64,000 nt of DNA, taken from NCBI GenBank assembly GCA_017551905.1, contig JAFZKK010000161.1:127-64126 (forward strand), read 5' to 3'. Position 1 is the first letter of the stretch. Every line of letters starts with the position of its first letter. This document shows, piece after piece, positions 47,176-56,617 of the stretch. The notes beneath the pieces are model-generated. The model had not been told where the DNA came from. It saw only the letters and a list, made by a program, of their open reading frames with translations, and searched no databases. The translations under genes and the position numbers were made by a program. The stretch comes from Salinivirgaceae bacterium (GTDB taxonomy: Bacteria > Bacteroidota > Bacteroidia > Bacteroidales > SZUA-534).

Positions 47176-48178
47176 GCCATTCCTGATTTGGGGTCTGTTT
47201 GCGGTAGCTGCGTTGTTGGCTGCCAAAACAATTGTGGGTTTTTATGCCGAAAAACTCAACACCAAAGCCATTGCAACCGACAGCGATTCATTGCGAACTG
47301 CCTATTTGCAACGAGCCATTGCCATAGAAAAACGCAACCCTATTTTCTATGAGAATATGGCATTTGCATACGTACTGCGCGACACCAACATAACATTAAA
47401 CAATTTGCTGAATGGCAACATTTCCACGACTGATGATTTGAAAAAAGCTGTTGAATATGCTTCAACAGCCTGTGAAATTGACAGTTGCAATGTTCTGTTT
47501 CGCTTAAATGCCGCCATACTGCTCTATTTGAGTGGCAACACAGGCAAAGCCGTGCAACTACTGCAAAACATAACCGACAAATTAGCTCTTGTAGTATTGG
47601 GAATAATTGAAGAAAACAATGGACAAACGCAAGATGCAAGAAACCATTACGCCACAGCCATAGCCATTTCACCCGACATCACCGACAGCCGTTTCTTTGC
47701 CAACATTTGCCAACGCGACAGCCTGATGGCGGCACGTATTGTTGCCGATGCCAAAAAACAACTTGAAACAGAATTTGCCGAAACCAAAGCCATTGCCGTG
47801 CAAGCCCGCTTGGGCAAGATTATGATGGCTGAAGGCCGAACCAACGAAGCCCGTGCCATATTTAAAGATGTTATTACCCAACTGCCGAATATGAACCGCC
47901 CCTATCTCTATTTGGGTAGCATTGCCGAAATGCAGCGCGACACGGCCGCAGCTATAAATTATTATGAAACAGCCCAAAAACTCGACGAAGGCGATTTGTT
48001 GGCAATCGCTCGTTTGAACAAACTGAAAGGGAAAGAATATAAAGAATACACCAATTATGTAAGAGAACGAAAAACACCGCGAATGCGGTTCAGGGCTTCG
48101 TATATCTATGATGCCCAATTACTTGAATATATATGTGTTGATGGTTTGGACGAGTATGTTAGCCCTGCGGTTGAATAA
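47147..48178 (+). CDS. Membrane-anchored TPR repeat protein
   Basis: N-terminal TM (PFLIWGLFAVAALLAA) and several TPR-like units (..GRTNEARAIFKDVITQLPNMNRPYLYLGSIAEMQRDTAAAINYYETAQKLD..). Overlaps the Wzy_C-like gene by 29 nt. Confidence 0.6.
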   Translation: MVNMKSLSIKPFLIWGLFAVAALLAAKTIVGFYAEKLNTKAIATDSDSLRTAYLQRAIAIEKRNPIFYENMAFAYVLRDTNITLNNLLNGNISTTDDLKKAVEYASTACEIDSCNVLFRLNAAILLYLSGNTGKAVQLLQNITDKLALVVLGIIEENNGQTQDARNHYATAIAISPDITDSRFFANICQRDSLMAARIVADAKKQLETEFAETKAIAVQARLGKIMMAEGRTNEARAIFKDVITQLPNMNRPYLYLGSIAEMQRDTAAAINYYETAQKLDEGDLLAIARLNKLKGKEYKEYTNYVRERKTPRMRFRASYIYDAQLLEYICVDGLDEYVSPAVE

Positions 48179-48181
48179 TTG

Positions 48182-48523
48182 CTACTCAACATTTTTCAGT
48201 TTACGGTTTTCTTCTTCCAACTCAACAATGCGCTGCTCATAAAAAGCCATTAGTTTCTCGCTCATTTGATAGATGACGCGCCCATTGTTGATGCCAACAG
48301 CATTGCCGTTGTTTTCTTGGCAGACACATATTTCTGGCAGCAAATCAACAACTTCTTTTTGGTACAGGCGTGCAATTTTCTCAAGCATATCAAGGCTTGG
48401 CGAACTGCGGTCTGTCTCATATTTGCGATAGGTTGATTCCGAAATGTTGAGCATCTCGGCCACCTGAACCGACGACAGATTATGCTCAATGCGCATAGCG
48501 CGTATCTTGCTTCCTATTTTCAT
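48182..48523 (-). CDS. XRE-family helix-turn-helix transcriptional regulator
   Basis: MKIGSKIRAMRIEHNLSSVQVAEMLNISESTYRKYETDRSSPSLDML (Cro/C1-type HTH) with a C-terminal coiled coil. The ORF track extends the start to 48574. Divergent from the bacteriocin precursor gene. Confidence 0.75.
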   Translation of the reverse strand: MKIGSKIRAMRIEHNLSSVQVAEMLNISESTYRKYETDRSSPSLDMLEKIARLYQKEVVDLLPEICVCQENNGNAVGINNGRVIYQMSEKLMAFYEQRIVELEEENRKLKNVE

Positions 48524-48646
48524 ATTGCTGTTTTTCACAAAAGGAACGAATAATGCGCTTTGCGCCACACTCATTTCTTACTAATTTTTTGTAGTATTTT
48601 ACTGATTATTGGTAAGTTTTTGTGTGCCACAGAACAACCACTATTA

Positions 48647-48654
48647 TAAATTTG
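48647..48654 (+). promoter_or_regulatory. Candidate Bacteroidetes -7 promoter box (TAnnTTTG)
   Basis: TAAATTTG lies ~67 nt upstream of the precursor ATG. The same octamer occurs at 51212..51219, upstream of the 51271 gene. Confidence 0.3.
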
Positions 48655-48720
48655 ACCAAAAACCAAACAACGTGGTTTGGTTAATCATTTTATTTTCTAA
48701 CTTTAAAAACTTTTAGATTT

Positions 48721-48918
48721 ATGGAAAAGTTGAATTTTGAACAGATGGAATGTGTGGAAGCTGGTGCTTCAGAGGGCGGGTGTGCATTTAAAATGATTGC
48801 GGGTATTACAAGTTGCTTTTTATGCGCCGTACCCGTTATTGGCTGGGGCGGGTTACTCTCGGCTGCTGGCTTTTTTTCGGCTGCTTACGATAGTGGCTGT
48901 TTTGAGAGTACGTACTAA
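48721..48918 (+). CDS. Double-glycine-leader (class II type) bacteriocin precursor peptide
   Basis: 65 aa. The leader MEKLNFEQMECVEAG fits the GG-leader pattern (L-12, M-7, V-4, AG at -2/-1). The core is 50 aa, Gly/Ala-rich and hydrophobic, with 4 Cys. A C39 peptidase ABC exporter is in the same operon. Confidence 0.7.
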   Translation: MEKLNFEQMECVEAGASEGGCAFKMIAGITSCFLCAVPVIGWGGLLSAAGFFSAAYDSGCFESTY

Positions 48919-48941
48919 TCAGCACTTTTTTGTGTAAATTT

Positions 48942-48968
48942 GGCAGGCATTTGTTGCCTGCTTTTTTT
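48942..48968 (+). terminator. Intrinsic terminator/attenuator between the precursor and downstream operon genes
   Basis: gcaggc-atttgtt-gcctgc followed by T7. The next ATG is at 48976. Confidence 0.6.
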
Positions 48969-48975
48969 ATAAATT

Positions 48976-50370
48976 ATGATAATACCATTATTTGCCATTG
49001 ATTTTCGTAAAAGGCTGCGAACCCCGAATTTGAAGGGGAATATTATTGCTTCAATTATAATTTTAGCAAGCATTTCTTTTCTGCTATTCCTTAATAAATG
49101 GCATCTTCTACAATTTAAAGAATTTCTATATCAAATTCCAATTGAGCAATTTTCACTCTTAATAGTTTGTGTGTTCGCAGTAAGCGATATGCTGCTAAAG
49201 ATATTATTTATGCACCCACCATTGTATAAGCCTGACTTCATACGCGCAAGGCCTATATCGGAGAATGTGTGGTGCAAATACGAATTATTGCACGATATCT
49301 TAAATGGATGGTGTTTGTATCAGTTTGTGTTGTTTATACCATTCTGTTTCACATATTTCAACGCACTCTATGCTACACTTGTCATACTTCTATCATATCT
49401 TGTATCGGTGTTCAACCGATTAACTATTAAACTGTTTGCCCGCAGTTCTGCAATATGGAAAACTATAACAGCAGTTTCATATATCGTAGTTTTATTTATC
49501 GAATTAATAGCGGCTTTTGCGTATGTTTTTCTCTATGCCAAATATAATGAAATGCTGTTAATCGGTTGCCTGTTATCTTATTTGTCTTTTTGCACATTAG
49601 CATTATACCTATACAGGCAAACAAATGATTATGCCGATTCTTCGATAACAGTCTGTCGCGAACGACAATCATTCGGTTTCTCTTTCTTAAAAATGGAATT
49701 TGTTACTTTATGGCGGTCAAAGCGAATGAGAAGTTGCTTGTTTTTATTGTTGCTTATGGAAGCAGAAATGTGTATATTCTTTGCTATTGGTGGAATAAAT
49801 CATACATCTCTTTTTTCCCATATTGTCACGATATTTTACGCAATAAATTTACTTGCTATGGCGTTTCAAGTTAACTTCTTTCTTGGTGTCGAAGCCAATT
49901 ATTTTTGTGGATTATTGAGCAAACCCATATCTTTTGTTGAACTATTGGAAAGAAAATTCACCTTTTGTTCAGTACTTACTCTTACAGGCGGATTGGTTCT
50001 GATTCCTTCAATGGCTTTAGGTACAATATCTTTATTAGAAGCGTTTGCTTTAATACTTTATAGTGTGGGCTTTATTAATCTTGCATATTTCACAACAATG
50101 TTTTCGACAGGTAGGCTTGAAATCAATAAATCAGCATTTATGAACTTTGACGGTTATAATAGTATGTATACCATTATAAGTTTAATAATTTATATAGTTG
50201 CAGCGGGGTTGATTTTCTTATTTTTAATTCTTTTTGATGAGAACTTCGCGTACTTATTACTATTGAGTATCGGTATTGCGGGAATCTTGTTGCGCAAACA
50301 ATATTTCAGACTATTGCAAAAAATATTCAAAACCCAACGCTATAAAATGATGGAGCGTTTTAGAAACTGA
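48976..50370 (+). CDS. Polytopic membrane protein (probable permease partner of the downstream ABC ATPase; candidate immunity transporter)
   Basis: 464-aa, very AT-rich ORF with about 12 hydrophobic segments. An ABC ATPase gene follows 6 nt downstream. Confidence 0.5.
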   Translation: MIIPLFAIDFRKRLRTPNLKGNIIASIIILASISFLLFLNKWHLLQFKEFLYQIPIEQFSLLIVCVFAVSDMLLKILFMHPPLYKPDFIRARPISENVWCKYELLHDILNGWCLYQFVLFIPFCFTYFNALYATLVILLSYLVSVFNRLTIKLFARSSAIWKTITAVSYIVVLFIELIAAFAYVFLYAKYNEMLLIGCLLSYLSFCTLALYLYRQTNDYADSSITVCRERQSFGFSFLKMEFVTLWRSKRMRSCLFLLLLMEAEMCIFFAIGGINHTSLFSHIVTIFYAINLLAMAFQVNFFLGVEANYFCGLLSKPISFVELLERKFTFCSVLTLTGGLVLIPSMALGTISLLEAFALILYSVGFINLAYFTTMFSTGRLEINKSAFMNFDGYNSMYTIISLIIYIVAAGLIFLFLILFDENFAYLLLLSIGIAGILLRKQYFRLLQKIFKTQRYKMMERFRN

Positions 50371-50376
50371 TAAATT

Positions 50377-51111
50377 ATGGAAATTCAAATAAATAAATTA
50401 GTCAAGGCCTATCGTGGCGAGATAGTTGTCAATATTCCTTCGCTTACAATAAAATCGGGCGAAATAGTTGGCTTGGTTGGCAACAATGGTGCTGGCAAGA
50501 CAACGCTTATGCGCCTTATGCTCGATTTGGTTAAAGCCGACCGCGGCTATGTTTGCAGTAATGGACTAAAAGTTTGCGATGACGAGCAATGGAAAGAATA
50601 CACAGGCTCGTTTATCGACGGTCGGTTTCTAATCGATTTTTATACACCCGAGGAGTATTTCGGCTTTATAGCTGCTGTGTATAAAATAAGCGATGCCATT
50701 TTGCGTGAACGCCTTGAACAGTTCAGTAAATTTATGAACGACGAGATTCTTGGCGAACAAAAACTTATTCGCGATTTCTCGGCTGGCAATCGTCAGAAAA
50801 TCGGCATTATAGGTGCAATGATTGTATCCCCTAAGGTTTTGATTCTTGACGAGCCTTTCAACTATTTGGACCCGTCATCGCAAATAATTATGGCCAACCT
50901 TCTACAAGCAATGAACAAACAACTCGGTACAACAATAGTAGTGTCGAGTCACAATTTGGAATTTGTCAATAATGTTTCAACTCGAATTTTGCTAATGGAG
51001 AAAGGATTGATAATTAACGATATATCAAATCTTAATAACGAAGCGGCAGCACAACTCAACAACTATTTTGTATCTGATAACACTACAATCAATTTTTCTA
51101 AAACAGAATAG
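50377..51111 (+). CDS. ABC transporter ATP-binding protein
   Basis: Walker A GNNGAGKTT, signature-like FSAGNRQK, Walker B VLILDEPF. Confidence 0.85.
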   Translation: MEIQINKLVKAYRGEIVVNIPSLTIKSGEIVGLVGNNGAGKTTLMRLMLDLVKADRGYVCSNGLKVCDDEQWKEYTGSFIDGRFLIDFYTPEEYFGFIAAVYKISDAILRERLEQFSKFMNDEILGEQKLIRDFSAGNRQKIGIIGAMIVSPKVLILDEPFNYLDPSSQIIMANLLQAMNKQLGTTIVVSSHNLEFVNNVSTRILLMEKGLIINDISNLNNEAAAQLNNYFVSDNTTINFSKTE

Positions 51112-51270
51112 GCTGAGTTAGTTGGGATTGGTGTGCATATTTTGCCAATTATTGGTAAATAATTACCGTTTTTTAGTATGATTTTATGGGAATTGTCCTA
51201 TTCCCAACCAATAAATTTGTCAAAAATCAGTTCAAGATTTTTCTGACAATTTCGTACTAAAAACAACAAT

Positions 51271-51888
51271 ATGCTACACCTAAAAAAACTACCGTTTTTT
51301 CTTATACTCACAAGCATACTTCTGATTATAACCTACATACAGCAGGAATACGTATCAATTCCGCAGATAAGCAATCTCGATTTGCCTGAAGAAATGAAGG
51401 AAAAGTACCTTGAAAGTTTTTTCAAGTACAGATGGGTTGGGTTTGCGCTGGTTCCGTTAATTATCCTTCTGCGTGTTTCCTACACGGCTTTATGTCTGTT
51501 TCTGAAGGAGTTGTTTGCAAACGACATTGAGAGTGCAAACTACTCATCGTGTTTCAATGTGGCACTCAAGGCCGATATTATAATGTTCGGTGCTTCGATA
51601 TTGAGTTGTGCTTATATTCTATTCACAGGTGAAAATACATTAGATTTTCAACAGTATATTTCGCTCACGTGCCTTGCCAATACCGAAACGGCAGAGCCGT
51701 GGCTGCTTATCCCGCTTGCCGCTGTCAATGTGTTTGAGATTGTGTATTGGTTCTTTATGGCTAAGTTATTTGCTGTGGAGAACAAATGCAGCTATTGGCA
51801 GGGATTCCGCTATGTGATGTCGGGCTATGGCGTGGGCTACCTGTTCTACATTGTGTTGGCAATGTTCCTTGTACTTTATCTCACCTGA
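51271..51888 (+). CDS. Hypothetical integral membrane protein (candidate immunity protein)
   Basis: 205-aa ORF with about 5 hydrophobic helices, located inside the bacteriocin operon. Confidence 0.45.
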   Translation: MLHLKKLPFFLILTSILLIITYIQQEYVSIPQISNLDLPEEMKEKYLESFFKYRWVGFALVPLIILLRVSYTALCLFLKELFANDIESANYSSCFNVALKADIIMFGASILSCAYILFTGENTLDFQQYISLTCLANTETAEPWLLIPLAAVNVFEIVYWFFMAKLFAVENKCSYWQGFRYVMSGYGVGYLFYIVLAMFLVLYLT

Positions 51889-51899
51889 TTTGCAAAAAA

Positions 51900-52448
51900 A
51901 TGAAACGTAAGACCATTAAAACCGTTGGCTTGTCAGCAGTGGCGGTTTGTGCCATAGTTTTATTCATATTGCTTGGTTTTCAAGTAAAAAGGCACTATGC
52001 CGAGAAGGCGCAGCGTGAGCAGCAAGAGTTGCAATTGCAGACCATTCCGCACATAGCTCTTTCAACAGCCGATAGTCTGCCCGTCAATTTGGGCGATTTA
52101 TGCGCCACAGGGCAACCAATGGTTATATTCTATTATCATCCTGGGTGTGAGTTATGTCAATCGGAATTTGGCGAATTGCTGCGACTGAAAGAGTTGCCAC
52201 GCAACGCGCTACCCGTGTTTGTAACTTTCGCTTCACAAAGCGAGGTGGCTGTATTGGAAAAGACATATCCCATAAGCACTATCGACAGCGCAGTGCTTCT
52301 GTTCGACCACAAGTTTGTCTTTCCGTCTCAATTAGGTATTCTCACAACACCCGAGACATTTGTTTACAACGGCGATGGACAGCTTGCAAAGCATTTCCGT
52401 GGCTTTGTAATGATTAACGACTTATTGCAAGTCCTACAGGAATTATGA
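51900..52448 (+). CDS. Membrane-anchored thioredoxin-fold (TlpA/thiol-disulfide oxidoreductase-like) protein
   Basis: N-terminal anchor MKRKTIKTVGLSAVAVCAIVLFILLGF and CxxC active site in FYYHPGCELCQ. Start chosen at ATG 51900. Confidence 0.65.
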   Translation: MKRKTIKTVGLSAVAVCAIVLFILLGFQVKRHYAEKAQREQQELQLQTIPHIALSTADSLPVNLGDLCATGQPMVIFYYHPGCELCQSEFGELLRLKELPRNALPVFVTFASQSEVAVLEKTYPISTIDSAVLLFDHKFVFPSQLGILTTPETFVYNGDGQLAKHFRGFVMINDLLQVLQEL

Positions 52449-54610
52449 ACCGAAAACAGATAGAAAAAGCGTTTGTCAAACAGCACGATGCTACTGATTG
52501 CGGGGCGGCGTGTCTGCTTGCACTCATCAGATATTATGGCGGTGATTCAACTATTCAGCATCTGCGTGAACTGAGCGGCACAACAGTCCGCGGCACAACT
52601 CTTTTAGGTTTGTATCAGGCAGCGCAAGCAGCAGGTTTTGAAGCCGAAGGCTGCAAGGCTGACACAAACGCGCTAATTGAACACGGCAAGCCTGTTATTC
52701 TGCATCTTACGCTCGAAAACAAGTATGAGCATTATGTTGTATGCTACGGTTTTCAGAACGGCCAATTCATAATAGGCGACCCTGCCAAAGGCATTGTAAG
52801 TTATGGGGCTGAAGAACTTAATGCGCTATGGTTGTCAAAAATGTGCCTTACACTTGAGCCAAACAAAGGGTTCAAGATGCAGAAAGACATCTCGACACAA
52901 AAAAAACAATGGATTAAGAAACTGATAACCGACGACATTGGCATCTTATCGGCAAGTGCTGTGATTGGCATTGCCATTGCCGTGTTGGGAATGGTAATGT
53001 CGGTTTTCTCGCAGAAACTTGTCGATGAGGTTCTACCCGAGAAGAACGTGCGCAAACTTGTTTTGGGTTTGGTGCTGGTCGGTGTTCTGCTGATGATAAG
53101 GATTTTTGTTACAGCTATCCGTCAAAAGCTGATGATTACCCAAAGCCGTAATTTCAACAACCGCATAATCGATTTCTTTTACGAGCGGCTGTTGAGCCTG
53201 CCCAAACCTTTTTTCGATACGCGAAAGATAGGCGATATGGTTGCCCGCCTGAACGATACACGCCGCATACAGAGTGTGATAAGCTCGTTGGCTGGCAACA
53301 CGGTAATAGATGTTTTGGTGGCTCTCACTTCCATTGTCTTTATGTTCTACTATTCGTGGCAGGTGGGTATTATAGCTGTTGTTTGTATGCCTTTGTTTTT
53401 CTATATCATCTATCGGTACAACAAACAAATAATAGCGCAGCAAAAGGCTGTTATGGTGGGTTATGCCCAAACCGAGAGCAACTTTATCAATACCATCAAC
53501 GGAGTGGCAACAATAAAGAATTTCAACAGGCAGAACGTTTTTCAAAAAATCAACACGTTCGTTTACAATGCCTTTCAGAACAAAGTGTACGATTTGGGCA
53601 CAACACAGATTCGGATTGGCGTGGCTTCAGGAATGGCTGGAAACGCAATTCTTATTGGCATAATCGCTTACAGCGCGTTCCGCGTCATTGGCGGCGGCAT
53701 CAGCATAGGCGAGATGATGGCAATAATAGGCATTTCGGGCACACTGTTTCCGTCCATCGCCAACTTAGCACTTGTGGCAATTCCAATAAACGAGGCTAAG
53801 GTAGCCTTCAACCGTATGTTTGAAATAGCAGGGAATGAAACAGAGAATGATGTTTCTGCGGAAGAAAAAGCCGTTGACACTGTTGCCGAACTGTCAGTTT
53901 CAAACATCAATTTCCGATTCGTCGGCCATAAGCTGCTGCTCAACAATGTCAGTTTGGTGTTCAAACGAGGAACAATAACGTCAATCACTGGCGAAAGCGG
54001 CTGCGGCAAAAGCACTTTATGTCAGATAATCGAGCGTTTCTATGCGCCCGAGAGCGGTTGCGTTAGCATCAACGGCACTAATATCAACGATTATCCGCTT
54101 GGTCAGTATCGCAACTTAATATCGGTGGTGCCGCAAGATGTTTACATTTTTAATGGAACAGTTGCCGACAACATTTGCTTTGGTGCTGCGCCAACCGATT
54201 TGAATGAGGTTTGGGGCTTTTGCACAAAATATGGTTTCGACAAGTTCATCGCCACCTTGCCACAGGGCTTAATGACCATTGTTGGCGAAGAAGGTATAAA
54301 TCTTTCGGGCGGACAGAAACAGCTTTTAGCCTTTGCCCGTGCGTTATACAATCCGTCGCAAATCCTGATTTTGGATGAAATGACAGCCGCAATGGACCGC
54401 ATTACCGAAAATTTTATATGCAATCTGCTTCAGACGCTGAAACACGACAAAATCATTATTTTTGTTACGCACAGGCTGCACACTGCCAAGCTCATAAGCG
54501 ACAATATTGTTGTTATGGGTAATGGCAAGGTTGAGTGTCAGGGCACACACAGCCAACTAATGGAAACCGACAATTTTTACAGCCAATTTTGGCACGCAAT
54601 AGAGTATTAA
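52445..54610 (+). CDS. Peptidase C39 domain-containing bacteriocin-processing ABC transporter
   Basis: N-terminal C39 motif QHDATDCGAACLLALIRYYGG with downstream EHYVVCYG, a six-TM domain, and an NBD with GESGCGKST, LSGGQKQ and ILILDE. Confidence 0.9.
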   Translation: MNRKQIEKAFVKQHDATDCGAACLLALIRYYGGDSTIQHLRELSGTTVRGTTLLGLYQAAQAAGFEAEGCKADTNALIEHGKPVILHLTLENKYEHYVVCYGFQNGQFIIGDPAKGIVSYGAEELNALWLSKMCLTLEPNKGFKMQKDISTQKKQWIKKLITDDIGILSASAVIGIAIAVLGMVMSVFSQKLVDEVLPEKNVRKLVLGLVLVGVLLMIRIFVTAIRQKLMITQSRNFNNRIIDFFYERLLSLPKPFFDTRKIGDMVARLNDTRRIQSVISSLAGNTVIDVLVALTSIVFMFYYSWQVGIIAVVCMPLFFYIIYRYNKQIIAQQKAVMVGYAQTESNFINTINGVATIKNFNRQNVFQKINTFVYNAFQNKVYDLGTTQIRIGVASGMAGNAILIGIIAYSAFRVIGGGISIGEMMAIIGISGTLFPSIANLALVAIPINEAKVAFNRMFEIAGNETENDVSAEEKAVDTVAELSVSNINFRFVGHKLLLNNVSLVFKRGTITSITGESGCGKSTLCQIIERFYAPESGCVSINGTNINDYPLGQYRNLISVVPQDVYIFNGTVADNICFGAAPTDLNEVWGFCTKYGFDKFIATLPQGLMTIVGEEGINLSGGQKQLLAFARALYNPSQILILDEMTAAMDRITENFICNLLQTLKHDKIIIFVTHRLHTAKLISDNIVVMGNGKVECQGTHSQLMETDNFYSQFWHAIEY

Positions 54611-54633
54611 ATTTAACTTAAAACTTAAAGATT

Positions 54634-55218
54634 ATGAACATCTTAAAATCATCAATTGTGGTGGCCGCGCTTTTTGCTGCCACTATGTCAAGCGCGCAAG
54701 AAGCACGTTACGAACTGAAATCGGCCATCATCAAATGCGAGATGACAACGCAGGGCATCAAGATGACAGGCACACAGTATTTCGACAACTACGGGCAAAA
54801 GGAAGCCGCCTTGATGGTGGCCGAAACGCCTATGGGCAAAACCGAAATCAAATCGCTGCAGTTCAGCGACACCACCTATTCCATCAATATGGCGCAAAAA
54901 GTCGGACAGAAAATCATTGCGCCTGAAAAACCAATCAACTATCTGAACCTAACGCCCGAAACAATCGAGAAATACAGCATTAAAGAGTTGGGTGAGGAAA
55001 ACATTGCGGGCAAGCCTTGCAAAAAATATTCGGTACAAATGACACAGGCTGGGCAGACTGTGAACGGTGAAGTGTCGGTTTGGAAAGGTATTGTGCTGAA
55101 ATCAACAATGAGTTTGGGAATGGTTGAAATACTTAACCAAACAGCTGTTGAGATTCAAGAAAATGTCGAAATCGCCCCTTCCACTTTCGAAGTTCCCGAA
55201 GGTGTTGTGATTATGTAA
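54634..55218 (+). CDS. Hypothetical secreted protein
   Basis: 194-aa ORF with signal peptide MNILKSSIVVAALFAATMSSA|QEA. Confidence 0.5.
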   Translation: MNILKSSIVVAALFAATMSSAQEARYELKSAIIKCEMTTQGIKMTGTQYFDNYGQKEAALMVAETPMGKTEIKSLQFSDTTYSINMAQKVGQKIIAPEKPINYLNLTPETIEKYSIKELGEENIAGKPCKKYSVQMTQAGQTVNGEVSVWKGIVLKSTMSLGMVEILNQTAVEIQENVEIAPSTFEVPEGVVIM

Positions 55219-55357
55219 GCACCCTTACACTTTATAGCAAAATAATGCCGAAAAATGGTAAGATTTTACCGCTTTTCGGCATTTCTTTTTTGCCGCGTGT
55301 GTATGTAACACAATACTTTTGGCTGAAATCAATGTGCTTTCTGTCAATTATTTGTAA

Positions 55358-56611
55358 ATGCCATCCGCCGAAACATTATCCGAAATCATCAATTCAATTC
55401 GCCAAAACAAAGTGCGCACTGTGCTTGCGGGTTTTGGTGTGGCGTGGGGCATCTTCATTTTGGTTGTGCTGTTGGGTGCGGGCGAAGGTTTCCGCAAGGG
55501 CGTTATGCTGATGTTCAGCTCGTTCGCGCAAAAAAGTATGTATGTCTATGGCGGAACCACATCGCAAGCCTACAAAAATATTGGCGAGGGTGTGCCAATA
55601 ACATTCGACGACCGTTATTTGGCCGAATTGCAGATGCGGTACAGCGATGAGATTCGAGCCATATCGCCGCAAATATCAACATACTCAACAGTCAAAAATG
55701 CCGAACGGGTTGAGACATTTAACATTTCGGGTGTCAGCAGCGCGTTTTTCAGAGTGCGGCTTTTGGAAGCGAAGCGTGGCGGCAGAATTTTCAACCTGTT
55801 TGACACCCAACGGAAGCGGAATGTGGCTGTAATTGGCGAGAATGTTGCAAACTCGCTGTTTGGCAAAAAACAGGCTCTGAACAAAAATGTTGAGATTGCT
55901 GGCGAGTATTTTCAGATTGTCGGCATAATAAAGAACGACAATATTTTCAGCGTTTCCGATGTCAATTCGGTTTACATCCACTACGACAATTATCTGCGTT
56001 GCTTTGGCTACAGCCTTACATTCAACTCGTTCTGCCTTTTGTTGAATAACGATGTGAACACCACAGACTTTGAGCAGGAACTAAAGAATTACATCGCCTA
56101 CAAATCAAACTTTGACAAAGAAGACAGTCAGGCTCTGTATGTTTCAAACATCGAGGCGCAGACTTCATCGTTCGAGAGCCTTTTCAACAGCATCAATGTG
56201 GTTATATGGATTGTCGGACTTTGCTTTCTTTTGAGCGGCATTGTAGGCATTTGCAATGTTATGCTGATAATTGTCAAAGAACGCACCAACGAGATTGGAA
56301 TACGACAAGCTGTAGGTGCCGAGCCGCACTCAATAGTCAGCCTGATAATGGCCGAATCGGTGGTGATAACGCTGTCGGCAGGGCTTGTCGGCATCTTGCT
56401 TGGCTATGGCGCGTTGCAGATTATCGATTTGCTGATTGGTGCGTTGGTGTCGGAACAGTCCATTATGTCGCAAACCGAGTTGAATATCCCTATGGTGATT
56501 TTCGCATTATGGGTGCTTGTGCTGTCGGGCATTGCGGCTGGTTTGTTCCCCGCCATCAAGGCATCGCGCATTATGCCTGTCGATGCCATCAGGTTCGAAA
56601 ACAGAGGTTAA
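55358..56611 (+). CDS. MacB-type ABC transporter permease (MacB_PCD + FtsX domain)
   Basis: N-terminal TM (RTVLAGFGVAWGIFILVVLLG), a large periplasmic domain, and a C-terminal FtsX-like 3-TM bundle (..ERTNEIGIRQAVGA..). Confidence 0.8.
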   Translation: MPSAETLSEIINSIRQNKVRTVLAGFGVAWGIFILVVLLGAGEGFRKGVMLMFSSFAQKSMYVYGGTTSQAYKNIGEGVPITFDDRYLAELQMRYSDEIRAISPQISTYSTVKNAERVETFNISGVSSAFFRVRLLEAKRGGRIFNLFDTQRKRNVAVIGENVANSLFGKKQALNKNVEIAGEYFQIVGIIKNDNIFSVSDVNSVYIHYDNYLRCFGYSLTFNSFCLLLNNDVNTTDFEQELKNYIAYKSNFDKEDSQALYVSNIEAQTSSFESLFNSINVVIWIVGLCFLLSGIVGICNVMLIIVKERTNEIGIRQAVGAEPHSIVSLIMAESVVITLSAGLVGILLGYGALQIIDLLIGALVSEQSIMSQTELNIPMVIFALWVLVLSGIAAGLFPAIKASRIMPVDAIRFENRG

Positions 56612-56617
56612 CAGAAT

